This document shows positions 9,301 through 20,089 of a stretch of 64,000 nt of DNA, piece by piece. This DNA comes from Flavobacteriales bacterium UBA2669 (GTDB taxonomy: Bacteria; Bacteroidota; Bacteroidia; Flavobacteriales_E; Vicingaceae). Location of the stretch: assembly GCA_002359215.1 (NCBI GenBank), contig DEMN01000001.1, positions 16,593-80,592 on the forward strand, read 5' to 3'. Both the position numbers and the translations under genes were made by a program. Position 1 is the first letter of the stretch, and each line of letters opens with the position of its first letter. Under the pieces are notes generated by a model that was given only the letters and a program-made list of their open reading frames with translations, was not told the DNA's origin and made no database searches.

Positions 9301-12300
9301 ATATACTCAAAAGCTCAGCTGATGGATGGGCAGCATTTGAAGTAAATAGTAATCAAGATGAGAATGAAATTTTTGGTTTATCAGAAACAGATGTAAACCA
9401 AAACTTAAACTCTGTTGATTATGGCATTTATTTATTTAAATCAACCAATTTAAACCCTATTTTTCCTTCACAGCTCGTTACAGTATGGGAAAATGGAGTT
9501 GATATGGGGGTATTAGATCCTATTTCCGGAGAAAAATATTTCACAACGTATAAAACAGGAGATAAATTTAAAGTTGAAAAAACAGGCAATACGATTACTT
9601 ACCTGAAAAATGAGGTGGTATTTTATACCTCCACAGTTCCTGTTCCATCAGCTACTGATTTAATAGTAGATGCAGCAATGTATGGAGTAAACGGGACAAC
9701 TATTTTAGAAGCAGTTACTTCATTTAGATGTGTTTCCTTATGTGATATTGAACTATCATTTCAAGGGGATGATTTTGAAATAACACCGTTGACCGGTGGA
9801 GGCTTTTTATATAAATCATATGTGCATTGTCCTGATGATATTATACCTATTACCGTTCAAGCCCCGGTAAATTATAATATTTCAGATTATACGCTTTATT
9901 GGAGTCAAGTATCTCCAACAGTAGGAACATTTTTTAATTGTCAAAACCCTACTGAATGTTCAGAAATAATACTATATCCTAATGCTAATGGGACCTATAT
10001 TTTTGAAGTAAGTATTACTACCTATTTAGAGGGTGATATCAACTACTGTTCGTTAAACAAAGTTGAATTGTTTGTAGAATGTTCAGCAGAACCCCCATCT
10101 GATGATGAAGAAATAATAGGATGTATTTTTGGAAATTTTGGAGCAGGCGTTTATGTTAGTTCGGGTACAAATTTAAATGTGTATTGTAATTTACTTAATG
10201 AATTAGGAGGGATTAATACAACAACTAACTTAATAGAAAAAGGGGAGTTTAGAAATAAAGGAGATATAAATGTTTCAAAAGAATGGATTAACAATGCAGG
10301 CAATTTATTTCTAACACAAGAAGGAATAACAGATTTAATTGGTGATAACCAAAAAATGAAAGGGAATTCCAGTACCCACTTTAATAAATTAGAACTTGGA
10401 GAAGATGCACAAAGTCTGACAGGAATTAAATCAATAATGCTGGATCAATATGCTCATGATGGGTTAGATTTAGTCAATAGTGAATTAGCTACTGAAGGTA
10501 ATGTATTTTATGTGAAAAATAATGATGCCGGTTCTATTGAAAGGGATAATGGATTTGTTAGTACGGATGAACCTACAGGATATTTATCAAGAGAAATTGC
10601 CAGCTCAAGTGGAGCTTATCTGTTCCCTATGGGCTCTAAGCTGGGTAATTTGAGATATAGACCTATTGAAGTTGATATAAAAGATGTAGATGATGAAATT
10701 AAAGTTAATTTTCAAAATCATAATCCCTTCGATGATGGTTTAACAGCTTTATCTCCGGCAGTGTTAAGTGTAAATGATAAATATTATCATAAAATTAATG
10801 CTACTAACTTATCTCAAACAGCAACAGAATTTATTATTAAATATTACTTTCTTCTTAATGATGGTAGTTTTCAGAGCATCGCTCATTGGGAACCAACTAA
10901 TCCTTTTTGGGAAAATACCCCAGGTCAAAATTCTAATTTAACTCCGGCTACATCTGGGGCTTTTCAGGGGTTGGTTTATGCTGAATCCGATGGAACTCAT
11001 AGTTTTGATGAGGAACCTTATGTGTTGTCTCAAGCAGGTTTTGTTGTAGGGACACCTAATTGGCCATCAACAGGTGGTGGAAATACAGGAATATCTGGAC
11101 CTAATGGACCTGGATCAAGTAATGGATGTGTAGCTAATTTTACTTATACAACTTATAATAATAATCAGGTAGTATTATCTAGTACTTCAGTAGTTTCAAG
11201 TACTGCAATTTATTCATGGGATTTAGGAGATGGAAATTTTGCAACAGGAGCAGTTTATACACATACTTATGCGGCAAGTGGAACATACACGGTAGTGTTG
11301 ACTATAACTGATGGTGCAAATACATGTTTTTCTCCGGCTACTTTTACGGTTATTGATGGAGGAACAAGTGTAGGTTCTCCCGGTAATTCTAACCCAGGGA
11401 GTTCAAATGGTTGTACAGCAAGTTTTTCTTCAACAAATTACGATCCTCAAGTAACATTTACAAATACTGCCACAGGACTATCTGCACCTGTTTTTACTTG
11501 GGATTTTGGAGATGGAAATTCCTCAACAGGAGCAGCTACAGCTGCACATACCTATGCTAATAATGGAACATTTACCGTTACTTTAACTATAGTAGATGGT
11601 GCAAATACATGTACTGCTACGCAACAAGTAATCATAACGAACAATTCAGGGATAGTAATAGAAATTAATCCTGCTAATCCTGCTAATCCATGTGGAAGCG
11701 GTGGGAATATAGGTACTCCAACGGGTACAGGACCCGGAAGTGGCTCGAATGGAAATAACACATCTACTCCAAATACTGTTCCTTGCGATTATGTTATGAC
11801 CATAACCACTAATGATGATTGCAGGTTAAATGGAGAGATTTATTTTACTATTGATGATAATCTATCACTAGTGAATATTGAATTTTCTTTTGATGGAGGG
11901 ACAACGAAACTTCCACTTTCAGAAGAAGTTTATCACGAAATACCCGGTGTACCCGGATTTGTTTTAACAGGAACTCCTGAAGAAATTTATGCTCAATGTA
12001 TCAATTCAGTAAAAGTGGAAATGGGAGGAGTTATACCTAATAATGATTTTGTGTTGGATTTAAGTACTAGCGAAGATATTGTTATAAGCACACCTGCAGA
12101 TATTCAAAGTTTTAAAATTTTTGAAATAGGAAATCCAACGGCTGTTTATACGGATGCTAATACTCCTTCAACACCTTCTAACGGACAAGTTATAATACTT
12201 TCTAGTGCATTAAGTGCACTTACACCAAATTCGTACAGATTTGAAATGGAAATAACGATTGGAGCTAGTTCAGAAATAATAGAAGGACATTTTATAGTAA

Positions 12301-12305
12301 AATAA
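6354..12305 (+). CDS. Giant (1983 aa) secreted repeat protein with SprB repeats and two PKD domains; adhesin-like
   Basis: Signal peptide. SprB-type motifs ([40 protein letters not shown]). PKD motifs ([11 protein letters not shown]...[11 protein letters not shown] and [11 protein letters not shown]...[11 protein letters not shown] at ~11.1-11.65 kb). The last ~60 aa loosely resemble a T9SS type-A CTD. Confidence 0.85.
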   Translation: MKIKGVFVCMLSLLPFFGVTQNAVEWINLVNLTLTGDTLEKTSGTVGWNAHANSTNILVGDGWVKYNVASLGTQRLFGFSQKGVTINTDAEIIYGFYVSGTDLYSRESGSQTYLNTTYDIGDELVIERIGDTVYYKKDSVVLRQITVDGTLQLNAAAVFRNQGTKLESVVASFDSTEPLNLTATLSHVFQTPQSGAIDITPSGGIVPYSYSWTPGGDTTEDLNNLDPGVYTVVVTDSNLNTYEKSFTIGYGVEWIDMIGTDTTGTTVQKTSTAGGWITGAASRNILKSIEDGWVEYKVQDSNETKVFGLSPYPNTSATLNTVEYGYQIRADGYVYIYELGVPVLQTMQYTIGDVLKIERSGSFINYYQNEILQRQIATDSTLQLIVDVSFNTNGSKFQDVVTSFPAPPSLTFSVTQAALDHSVLGTIDLTVTSGTPPYTYNWQPTGMTTQDLSGLNPNTYSVVVTDATGRETEGAIGVGYDVAWEELTNVTVTGNTIEKTSGSSGWNAGAASVDVLPSSTDGWIEYDIVPSNTYRIIGLSKLPSNQSATLTGINYGFQIRLDGQIIIYELGTGVHTIPKYYEGDVLRIERKSNQLNYLINHSIVRSIVVDSLDSLYTDISFHTVGAKFENVRYLFSAPSLAEFTVDYVATSESSDSLGSIQLSPTGGIPPFYYFWDDGDQSQNRYNLESGLYSVTVVDSLLDSVNLVIPVDVEILVTDSQGVTFDNHYVEKTAADGWGNGKMSFSNVAKGDGSVRVEIVNDNKEWAFGYRLSANAQAVYYNDLDYGFYINSGDTLYTWEKSTSTLINVGTVTAGDILSIEREGGLVTFKKNDVFISEVSVNVANEYRIDFSLFSTQTRARVIIIRFPFWLTASANITNSNCNIPNTTTGEIDLTVIGGTPPYSYSWTGPNNFTASTQDIFNLEAGAYTVTITDSRPTPNSIIRTYYVGHKVEWTNIVASTVNDNTLIRNTSTYDEPSGASSVNILKSSADGWAAFEVNSNQDENEIFGLSETDVNQNLNSVDYGIYLFKSTNLNPIFPSQLVTVWENGVDMGVLDPISGEKYFTTYKTGDKFKVEKTGNTITYLKNEVVFYTSTVPVPSATDLIVDAAMYGVNGTTILEAVTSFRCVSLCDIELSFQGDDFEITPLTGGGFLYKSYVHCPDDIIPITVQAPVNYNISDYTLYWSQVSPTVGTFFNCQNPTECSEIILYPNANGTYIFEVSITTYLEGDINYCSLNKVELFVECSAEPPSDDEEIIGCIFGNFGAGVYVSSGTNLNVYCNLLNELGGINTTTNLIEKGEFRNKGDINVSKEWINNAGNLFLTQEGITDLIGDNQKMKGNSSTHFNKLELGEDAQSLTGIKSIMLDQYAHDGLDLVNSELATEGNVFYVKNNDAGSIERDNGFVSTDEPTGYLSREIASSSGAYLFPMGSKLGNLRYRPIEVDIKDVDDEIKVNFQNHNPFDDGLTALSPAVLSVNDKYYHKINATNLSQTATEFIIKYYFLLNDGSFQSIAHWEPTNPFWENTPGQNSNLTPATSGAFQGLVYAESDGTHSFDEEPYVLSQAGFVVGTPNWPSTGGGNTGISGPNGPGSSNGCVANFTYTTYNNNQVVLSSTSVVSSTAIYSWDLGDGNFATGAVYTHTYAASGTYTVVLTITDGANTCFSPATFTVIDGGTSVGSPGNSNPGSSNGCTASFSSTNYDPQVTFTNTATGLSAPVFTWDFGDGNSSTGAATAAHTYANNGTFTVTLTIVDGANTCTATQQVIITNNSGIVIEINPANPANPCGSGGNIGTPTGTGPGSGSNGNNTSTPNTVPCDYVMTITTNDDCRLNGEIYFTIDDNLSLVNIEFSFDGGTTKLPLSEEVYHEIPGVPGFVLTGTPEEIYAQCINSVKVEMGGVIPNNDFVLDLSTSEDIVISTPADIQSFKIFEIGNPTAVYTDANTPSTPSNGQVIILSSALSALTPNSYRFEMEITIGASSEIIEGHFIVK
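6423..9730 (+). repeat. Five tandem coding modules of ~690-710 nt inside the giant gene
   Basis: Module starts VEWINL (6423), VEWIDM (~7106), VAWEEL (~7798), ILVTDSQG (~8500) and VEWTNI (~9205). Each is a ~170-aa unit (GW.AGAAS...DGW.EY...FGLS...YG...YE.G...GD.L.IER.G...Y) followed by a SprB repeat. Confidence 0.7.
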
Positions 12306-12850
12306 TGATGAAATACACAGCAAACATAGCGTTAGTTTTAAGCATAGCAATTATAGTATTTATAGGTATAGATAAGCTCATCAATAAACAACATAAAATT
12401 AGAATTGTCCAAATGGAACAATTGGTTTATGAATACCAAGGAATGAAAGATGCTACAGAAACATATAATGCTAAGATGGACAAATGGAGCAATCAAACAG
12501 ATTCCTTAGAAAATATGCTTAAAAATTTGTACGAAGAAATACAATTAGACTCAATTGGTGGGAATAAGGAAAAATTGTTACAAGATCAACACCGATTTTA
12601 TCTGTTACAACGCTCTTATTATGAGTTTAAAGAAAACGTAGCACAAAAAGCTCAGGAAGAAGATCAAAAAATGACCATAGGGGTGATTAATCAATTAAAA
12701 GAACACATAAAAGAATATGCAAAACAAGAGAAACATAATATTATTATAGCCAATACACAATTACAAAACGTAGGCTATGTGGACGATGCGTTGGATATTA
12801 CAAAAGAGTTATTAGAATATGCAAATAGGAAATATCAAGGAGGTGAATAA
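12305..12850 (+). CDS. OmpH/Skp-like periplasmic chaperone-like protein
   Basis: N-terminal anchor or signal, a long coiled coil, and the C-terminal pattern NIIIANTQLQNVGYVDDALDITKELLEYAN typical of OmpH. The start abuts the stop of the giant gene. Confidence 0.65.
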   Translation: MMKYTANIALVLSIAIIVFIGIDKLINKQHKIRIVQMEQLVYEYQGMKDATETYNAKMDKWSNQTDSLENMLKNLYEEIQLDSIGGNKEKLLQDQHRFYLLQRSYYEFKENVAQKAQEEDQKMTIGVINQLKEHIKEYAKQEKHNIIIANTQLQNVGYVDDALDITKELLEYANRKYQGGE

Positions 12851-13478
12851 GTTCATTTACATAGCATTTTTATTTCTTGCAATTACACTTAGTAGTTGTA
12901 AGCATTCTATTGATGATTTTAATACCTATATGGAGTATTTAGCAGATAAAGACAATGGACTAGTAAAAGAAAAGTCAATAGGTGGAATTCAACTAAAGGT
13001 GAAATATTTACCTAATGATTATTTAGTGTATAATGAGGTTAAGAATAATAAACAGCTAACTGAGAATTTGCTAGATAGTTTGAAACTAACCTATGCCAAC
13101 TCCATAACATTTATGATGGTTCTTGGCCCAGATAAAAATGAGTCTTTTGATATTACACGAGTTGGAGTAGCTAATTATGAAGAATTTGCTCAGCGAATAG
13201 AAGAAATGAATTTTAATATGATGCAACATGTAAAACTTCAGGTTGGTAATGAAGCGTATAGTCCTGAATTGTATCAAATGGAAAGTACTTACGGATTAGA
13301 GCAAAGCAGGAAATTTTTGTTTGTTTTTAAAGCAAAGGATGAAAAATCAAACACGATATTAAAGGACGATTTCCAATTTGTTTATGCTGACGAATTATTT
13401 AATACAGGTATAAATAAGTTCCAATTTAAGCATTCAGATGTTAATGCCATCCCAACATTTAATTTTAGTTACAAATAA
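12819..13478 (+). CDS. Lipoprotein, function unknown
   Basis: Lipobox LAITLSSC. Overlaps the preceding gene. An alternative GTG start at 12843 follows AAGGAGG. Confidence 0.6.
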   Translation: MQIGNIKEVNKFIYIAFLFLAITLSSCKHSIDDFNTYMEYLADKDNGLVKEKSIGGIQLKVKYLPNDYLVYNEVKNNKQLTENLLDSLKLTYANSITFMMVLGPDKNESFDITRVGVANYEEFAQRIEEMNFNMMQHVKLQVGNEAYSPELYQMESTYGLEQSRKFLFVFKAKDEKSNTILKDDFQFVYADELFNTGINKFQFKHSDVNAIPTFNFSYK

Positions 13479-13499
13479 GAGATAGAAATAGATAAAAAT

Positions 13500-16400
13500 A
13501 TGAATAACAAATCAATGTTTGCAAGAATAAGAAAAAGTAAAACCATTAAATTAATAATGGCCTTTGCGGCTATCAACCTATTGGTAGAAATTGCATTTCC
13601 AACAGTAGCTATGGCACTAACTGCCGGTTCAGCCTCACCGGAATTTTCTAGTTTTGAGCCTGTGGCTACTACCGATATGGTTAATGATTTTACAGGAGAT
13701 TTTACCTATAACCTACCTGTACTGAGTGTTCCTGGACCTGATGGTGGAGGATATTCCATGTCACTATCTTATCATAGTGGCGTATCTTCTGAAGAAGAAG
13801 CTTCATGGGTGGGATTTGGTTGGACACTAAACCCTGGAGCAATTAACAGGCAAAAAAGAGGATATGCAGATGATTTTAACAATGTGCCTGTAACTAAATA
13901 CAATAAAACTACCCCTAACTGGACGCAACTTGCTGCTTTTGATTTTAATATGGAATACAACAGTGCAGATAATCCAAAAGATACTTCATCAGCTGTCACT
14001 AATAAAGTAAAGAAATTGTTTTTAGATAAAAATGGAAACAATGCACCAAATGGTTTTGGAAGTGGAGAAGTGGGAATATCCTTTAGCAAATCAATAAGGT
14101 ATAACAACTATTCAGGGTTTAACATTGTAAATGGGTTTGGTGTTTCTTCCAAGGGTATGGCAAGTTTAAACATGAACCGCTCTGCAGGGGAAACTACCTT
14201 GGGGTTTTCAGTTAATCCTATGGCAGTAGTTCAGAAATTAACTAATAAACTTAACAAAGATGTTAAAGTGGCAAGTTTGAAATCTTACGTTGAGCAAAAA
14301 AAGAAGTTTAGGAGCAAAATAATTACAACGAATATTAAACTTAAGAACAATTTATCGTCTAACTATTCTTCATGGTCATTTAATGCTCCTGCAGTAGGCT
14401 ATTCAGTAGCTCAAAACTCAGGTAAAGCAACTAACTTTTCAGCCTCTTTACAAATTAATCCGGCAGGGCCTATTGGTTTTCAGGGGGGGATAAAGGGTAG
14501 TATGAATTATCAAATTACCGAACCTTTAGTAAATACTAAAGCTTATGGCTACATGTATAACCCTCAAGGAAATCCGGAAGCGATAGATGCTAGTAATAAG
14601 GAAGTCCTTGAATCAGATTTTCAGATAGAAAAGCCATCCACATTTAATAAGCATGACAGGAATTTAGGAATACCTTTTAATAATGCAGATATTTTTGCTG
14701 CAACAGGCAATGGCGTAATTGGCGGCTTTAAACTATATCACAATCAGGTGGGACATTATTACCCTCCATTTGTAGAAAATAATCAAAAAATTAGTCAATT
14801 AGGAGTGGAAGTGGGTATAGGAGGAACTATTTCTGTTGGTTTTGATTTTGGTTTGGGTTTTCAGCAAACAAAGGTAGGTGACTGGAGAGCTGTGGAAGAA
14901 GATTTTGACTATAATAATACCCCTCCTTATTTGAGGTTCAATGGAGACATGGGAGGACAAATTGATTATTCAGATAATGACCAACCATTAACGGCAACTA
15001 TTGGAGGTGCTTATATGAATAGAAAATTAGATTTAGGAAATTTTAAAGATGGTAATGCAGGAGTTAAAGCAAAACTGGATAATACCAAATCCGGAAGAAC
15101 TTCTTTTATAGAATATGAAAAAACAGGGAGTTTAATAACAGCAATGGTGGTTACCAATAAGGATGGCAATAAAAGTACTTATGGAGAGCCTGTATATGTT
15201 CATGAAGAAACAGAATTAACCATTGGATTAAAAAACAATGTTTTCGTTGAAGCTACCGGTACTAATTTAGCACCTATCCTAAATGATGGGGATGCTACTC
15301 CGGCTCAATATGTAATTAATCATGAATTAGAGTTTAGTAATCCAACTTTAAATAAAACAGCAGTAGGACAACGAGTAGAGTCTCCCTACGTAAGCACCTA
15401 TTTACTTACATCAAATACTACCTTTGATTATTTGGATATTTCCGGTGATGGACCATCAGAGGATGATTTTGGAGGGTGGACTAAATTCGATTATAGACAA
15501 GTGCATAATGACTATCGCTATAGAGCACCTTATAAAGGATTGTTTTACGACAGAGGAAGGCTGTTTGATGGAGATGATCAGACTGGAAGTATGTCTTCCG
15601 GAGTGAAAGATGTAAAATACCTAAAATCGGTTGAAACAAAAACTCACATTGCTTTTTTTGTAACCAACAAAACTCAAACTTCAGATTTCGATGCTACTTA
15701 TTCATCTTTAGACTTAACAGGTTCTATGAATGATAGGTTTGATGGCTTAGATGCAGCGGATATTTCTTCAGGGTTAGACCTTGCATCTACAGGTAGTGTA
15801 GGCAATAAGAAATTAGAAAAACTAGAACGTATTGTTTTATATGCCAAAAACGATTTAAGCAAACCCATTAGTACTACTTATTTTGAATATGATTATGCAC
15901 TAGTACAAGGTATCCCTAATACAAGTGGTTCAGCCAATCAGAAAGGTAAGCTAACACTTAAAAAAGTATGGACAGAATCAGGAGGAACCATTAAAAGCAG
16001 AATAGCTCCTTACCAATTCGAATATGAATATTTTACGGATTATTCTTCTGAAATTATAACTAAGTATCCTAATTTATTGGATGGAATTGCTCAATTAACA
16101 AAAGGAACAACAGCTTCTCCAACCTCTAATCAAAACCCTGTTTATCAAGAAGGACAACTAGATATGTGGGGAAATTACCGTTTTGATGGGAAAGACCGAT
16201 TTGAGAAGATCCAGCCTTGGGTAAATCAGAAAGAAAACCCGGTCTCATTTGACCCTGCTGCTTGGCAATTAAAAAGAATCATCTTGCCCTCAGGAGGAGA
16301 AATCCATGTGCAGTATGAACAAAAAGATTACCGGTTTGTACAAGATCAAAAAGCGATGGTAATGACTAGTCTTACAAATCATACTGATTTTAATAATGGT

Positions 16401-19322
16401 TATGATACTTATGATGATATCGCACTTGGATTAGAAAAAAATAAATATTTTATAAATCTAGAAAGTTTAGGTCTTGATCCTTTAGACCCTGATTATACAC
16501 AACAGGTAACGAATTATGTAAATACATTAACCGAACATTTTGTAACATTAAAAAATAAGCTTTATTATAAAATACTGTATTCATATCGAGCCAACTACAT
16601 CCCGAATCTACATCATTTTAATCATCGGTATGATTATGTTACAGGCTATACAACTGTAAATGAAGTTAATTTAGATCCGGTGACAAATAAAATTTATTTA
16701 AGCTTAGGCAATGCAGGAGAAGAAGATAAAACCATACCTAGATGGGTAGGCTTTCAAAAGTTGCACCAACAAGCAGATAGAAATTTAGGTTGGGATGCTC
16801 ATAATATGGAAATTGACGATAGAAGTATCCTTAACAAAGCCTATCAAACTAGTGGTGCAATTACCAGTGACATAAATAAAATAGGAAAGGATTATACATT
16901 ATCTAATACATTTAATTTATTTGGAAATTGGGTAGCAGGAGACGTTAAAAATTACCCAAAGGATAAGGCGTGTAAAACATTGAATGTTGACCTTTCTTAT
17001 TTTAAACTCCCTGCATTTCATGCAAAAAAAGGAGGAGGAATAAGAGTAAAAAGATTGTTGTCTTATGATCCGGGTATAGCACGAGAAACCGGTGATGCGA
17101 TGGTTTACGGTTCTGAATATAGCTATAAAAATTCCGATGGAACAAGCAGTGGAGTAGCCACTAATGAACCACAACAAGGAAGAGAAGAAAGTCCATTAAC
17201 TACCATTGTGGAAAGAAACAAACAATCGGGATGGAATAAAATGTTAAATGGAAGAGATTCTAAAGAACAGGAAGGTCCTTTAGGGGAAAGTTTACTGCCG
17301 GGAGCATCAGTGGTGCATGAGCGTGTGATTATTAAAAACATTCATAGTGGTAAAACCACTACAGGTTATGCGGTAAATAAATACCATACTACCAGAAGTT
17401 TCCCTATGCAAGTAGATTTTACAGAAATTTCTAAAGACGGAGATTCGCCAACCTATAAAAAGTATAACCTAAATCTTCCGTTGGGTTTATTCAACATGTC
17501 GGTAAATCGTGCATGGGTTACGCAGGGGTATTTATTTAAGTTAAATGATATGCATGGGAAACCTGAAAGTCAGGCAACCTATTCAGGAACATATCATCCT
17601 AACTTATTTAATGAAGCGGCATATACCAGTAAAACTACCTATCAATATACTAAACCGGGGACAGCAATTAAATCCTTAGTATATGACTCCGGAACACAGG
17701 ATTTCACTATTGGTTTGATGAAGCCCGGACAAGAAGAAGACTTAACCATGTATCGATCTAAAGTAACGGATAGAACAAATGATTTTTCCATAGAGTTAGA
17801 TTTGAACATTACTTTACCTACACCTATAACACTAGGGTTTGGGGTATCTTACACTTATTCAGACGATCAGTTAAGTCAGCATGTTACTTCAAAAGTAATC
17901 CGACAAAAAACTTATTTATTATCTACTACCACTACCACAGATGGAGTAACTCAAACAACAGAAAATTTAGCCTTTGATAAAAATACGGGAGATCCTGTAT
18001 TAACAAAAACCTATGACGGTTATTATGCGGTTGATGAGCAAATTAATACAGAAGGGGATTTAGGAAAACATAATGGAGAATACTATGCCTTAAATGTTCC
18101 TGCAAGTTGGGTGTATGCAGAGGTGGGAAGAAAATCTGATTTAGTAACTAATAGCAATCAATTAACAGCTTCTGTAGGAAACATTGTAACTTATGGAGAA
18201 AACGTTTTGGTAGATCCATCAACAGGTAAGGCAAAAACAACGTCAGCCAATCCTATTTCGGGGATTTTCACCAATGTGGTAAATGCATCAGCTACCGTGT
18301 ATAAAAAAGGTTGGTTTAATACTAATGTTAATCAAGCTGCTTTAGAAGCTAATTTTCCATTTCTCTCCACTCCTACTACATTGACAGCATTAAACAATAA
18401 TTATTATCCACGCAGAACCTATGTGTATAGAGATCAAGTTACAAATGCCAATAATGGAGCTAGAATTTATGGAGGAGGTGTTATAACTGACCCTCTGAAT
18501 ATGTTTGATTGGGCAAATGGAGATTTTTCTCAAAAAGAGTTAGGAAAATGGTATTCAGCAAGTGAAATAATATCGTACTCACCTCATGGATATCCGGTTC
18601 AAGAAACGGATGTGCTAAATATTAGCAGTACAGCACATTTCGGATATAATAACACTTTACCTGTTTTGGTTGCTCAAAATGCAGCGTACAGTGAAGTTAA
18701 TTTTATCGATTTTGAATATGGGTTTAATAACAATGCCAACATCAATAATAACTACGCTCATTCAGGGGCAAAATCGTATGATGTAAGCTTGGATAAAAAT
18801 TATGTGTTTATTCAAAACTATCCAATCACTTCCCAAATCATAGCAACTAAAGGGTTATCTATAAAGCTATGGCTGAAAAGCTCCCTAAGCAATAATCCAT
18901 CAAGCCCTAATTATGGACTGAAAAATTCAACACCGGATTTAAAAGCATTGATAGGTGGGCAGCAATTTAACTTTAAAAGAATAGCCCAAACAGGAGAATG
19001 GTCGCTGTATGTGGTGGAAATTAGAAACTTCAATGGCTTAGCTGCGGGTACCTACAACATTCAGTTGGGTTATAATTATTTGCCAAATGAAATGGTACTA
19101 GTAGATGATTTTAGAATACAGCCTCTAGATGCAGTAATGAACTGTACGGTTTATACCATAGACAACAAAGTGGCAGCACAGTTTGATGATCAACATTTTG
19201 GTGTTTATTATGAATACAACAACAAAGGTCAGTTGGTTAGAAAATCTATAGAAACAGAAAGAGGTAAAAAAACATTACAAGAACAACAATATAATACACC
19301 ATTAATCCTTAGAACGAATTAA
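13500..19322 (+). CDS. 1940-aa SpvB/TcB(TcaC)-N-terminal-like protein
   Basis: After an N-terminal hydrophobic segment: FTGDFTYNLPVLSVPGPDGGGYSMSLSYHSG...WVGFGWTLNPG (nt ~13677-13845), the SpvB/TcB-type opening. Later come YLLTS...FGGWTKFDY and KLERIVLY...TYFEYDY...GKLTLKKVW...PYQFEY, TcdB-mid-like patterns. The end is YD-like: YYEYNNKGQLVRK. Confidence 0.65.
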   Translation: MNNKSMFARIRKSKTIKLIMAFAAINLLVEIAFPTVAMALTAGSASPEFSSFEPVATTDMVNDFTGDFTYNLPVLSVPGPDGGGYSMSLSYHSGVSSEEEASWVGFGWTLNPGAINRQKRGYADDFNNVPVTKYNKTTPNWTQLAAFDFNMEYNSADNPKDTSSAVTNKVKKLFLDKNGNNAPNGFGSGEVGISFSKSIRYNNYSGFNIVNGFGVSSKGMASLNMNRSAGETTLGFSVNPMAVVQKLTNKLNKDVKVASLKSYVEQKKKFRSKIITTNIKLKNNLSSNYSSWSFNAPAVGYSVAQNSGKATNFSASLQINPAGPIGFQGGIKGSMNYQITEPLVNTKAYGYMYNPQGNPEAIDASNKEVLESDFQIEKPSTFNKHDRNLGIPFNNADIFAATGNGVIGGFKLYHNQVGHYYPPFVENNQKISQLGVEVGIGGTISVGFDFGLGFQQTKVGDWRAVEEDFDYNNTPPYLRFNGDMGGQIDYSDNDQPLTATIGGAYMNRKLDLGNFKDGNAGVKAKLDNTKSGRTSFIEYEKTGSLITAMVVTNKDGNKSTYGEPVYVHEETELTIGLKNNVFVEATGTNLAPILNDGDATPAQYVINHELEFSNPTLNKTAVGQRVESPYVSTYLLTSNTTFDYLDISGDGPSEDDFGGWTKFDYRQVHNDYRYRAPYKGLFYDRGRLFDGDDQTGSMSSGVKDVKYLKSVETKTHIAFFVTNKTQTSDFDATYSSLDLTGSMNDRFDGLDAADISSGLDLASTGSVGNKKLEKLERIVLYAKNDLSKPISTTYFEYDYALVQGIPNTSGSANQKGKLTLKKVWTESGGTIKSRIAPYQFEYEYFTDYSSEIITKYPNLLDGIAQLTKGTTASPTSNQNPVYQEGQLDMWGNYRFDGKDRFEKIQPWVNQKENPVSFDPAAWQLKRIILPSGGEIHVQYEQKDYRFVQDQKAMVMTSLTNHTDFNNGYDTYDDIALGLEKNKYFINLESLGLDPLDPDYTQQVTNYVNTLTEHFVTLKNKLYYKILYSYRANYIPNLHHFNHRYDYVTGYTTVNEVNLDPVTNKIYLSLGNAGEEDKTIPRWVGFQKLHQQADRNLGWDAHNMEIDDRSILNKAYQTSGAITSDINKIGKDYTLSNTFNLFGNWVAGDVKNYPKDKACKTLNVDLSYFKLPAFHAKKGGGIRVKRLLSYDPGIARETGDAMVYGSEYSYKNSDGTSSGVATNEPQQGREESPLTTIVERNKQSGWNKMLNGRDSKEQEGPLGESLLPGASVVHERVIIKNIHSGKTTTGYAVNKYHTTRSFPMQVDFTEISKDGDSPTYKKYNLNLPLGLFNMSVNRAWVTQGYLFKLNDMHGKPESQATYSGTYHPNLFNEAAYTSKTTYQYTKPGTAIKSLVYDSGTQDFTIGLMKPGQEEDLTMYRSKVTDRTNDFSIELDLNITLPTPITLGFGVSYTYSDDQLSQHVTSKVIRQKTYLLSTTTTTDGVTQTTENLAFDKNTGDPVLTKTYDGYYAVDEQINTEGDLGKHNGEYYALNVPASWVYAEVGRKSDLVTNSNQLTASVGNIVTYGENVLVDPSTGKAKTTSANPISGIFTNVVNASATVYKKGWFNTNVNQAALEANFPFLSTPTTLTALNNNYYPRRTYVYRDQVTNANNGARIYGGGVITDPLNMFDWANGDFSQKELGKWYSASEIISYSPHGYPVQETDVLNISSTAHFGYNNTLPVLVAQNAAYSEVNFIDFEYGFNNNANINNNYAHSGAKSYDVSLDKNYVFIQNYPITSQIIATKGLSIKLWLKSSLSNNPSSPNYGLKNSTPDLKALIGGQQFNFKRIAQTGEWSLYVVEIRNFNGLAAGTYNIQLGYNYLPNEMVLVDDFRIQPLDAVMNCTVYTIDNKVAAQFDDQHFGVYYEYNNKGQLVRKSIETERGKKTLQEQQYNTPLILRTN

Positions 19323-19324
19323 AA

Positions 19325-20038
19325 ATGAATAAAAAGAGCCTTATCCCATTATTGTTTAGTCTTATTTTTTGTGTTGGATTTATCCGGCAAAATACAGACT
19401 GCATTAATGAAATTTTAAAATTAGAAGAAAAAATATATGCAAAAAAATATACTGAAAAAGACAAACCGGCATTTCTCAGTTACAGTCTAAAAACTATAGA
19501 TTGGGAAAATAAAACAGTAAATGTTGATGTGAAAATGTATAGAGCATATAATAACATGCATTTTTTTTCAACTCAAACAGACATTTATCAAAATGAAAAA
19601 GAAATGGTAATGGTATTAAAATTACAAAAATTGATTGTGCTAGAAAATTCCAACGAAGAAATTATGGCAAAAGGCTTAAATGAAGATTTTTTAAATGTAA
19701 AACGTAATTTTTTAAACCAATGCGAGCTAGTTAGTTGTGCTGCTTTAGATAGTGATAAGGAAGTTAAAAGAGTGGAGTTAAAAGTAAATGACGATATGAA
19801 TGGAGCATTATTTATAGATAAAATGATTTATAAGTATAAACCGGCTTCAAAAGAGATTTTATTCAATTCCACTTTTTACAAAAAAGGATACAAGGTAAAA
19901 CAGATAGACATTAAATATAATAAATTGGATTTAGAACATGCTTATAAGTTTAACAGTCCAAAAAAATATGTAATGGATGCTAAAGAAAACTTATTAAGCA
20001 AGTATGCCGGATATGAATTAATAGATAATAGAAAATAA
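19325..20038 (+). CDS. Hypothetical exported protein or lipoprotein
   Basis: Signal-like N-terminus LIPLLFSLIFCVGF. Lies 2 nt after the previous stop. Confidence 0.6.
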   Translation: MNKKSLIPLLFSLIFCVGFIRQNTDCINEILKLEEKIYAKKYTEKDKPAFLSYSLKTIDWENKTVNVDVKMYRAYNNMHFFSTQTDIYQNEKEMVMVLKLQKLIVLENSNEEIMAKGLNEDFLNVKRNFLNQCELVSCAALDSDKEVKRVELKVNDDMNGALFIDKMIYKYKPASKEILFNSTFYKKGYKVKQIDIKYNKLDLEHAYKFNSPKKYVMDAKENLLSKYAGYELIDNRK

Positions 20039-20089
20039 CCTTTGCGTCTTTGCGGTAAAAAATAAACAATACATACAAAATAGATACAA

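Noticed and set aside
6344-11761. Antisense ORFs inside the 1983-aa gene (6344..6613, 7100..7315, 7670..7951, 11552..11761)
   Set aside because: They are fully embedded opposite a long, motif-rich ORF. Their composition mirrors the repeated codons of the sense strand, and they have no signals of their own.
13086-17341. Short ORFs 13086..13277(-), 13772..14107(-), 15424..15606(+), 16917..17177(-) and 17123..17341(-)
   Set aside because: They overlap well-supported long genes on the other strand or in another frame. Their translations are low-complexity with no motifs.
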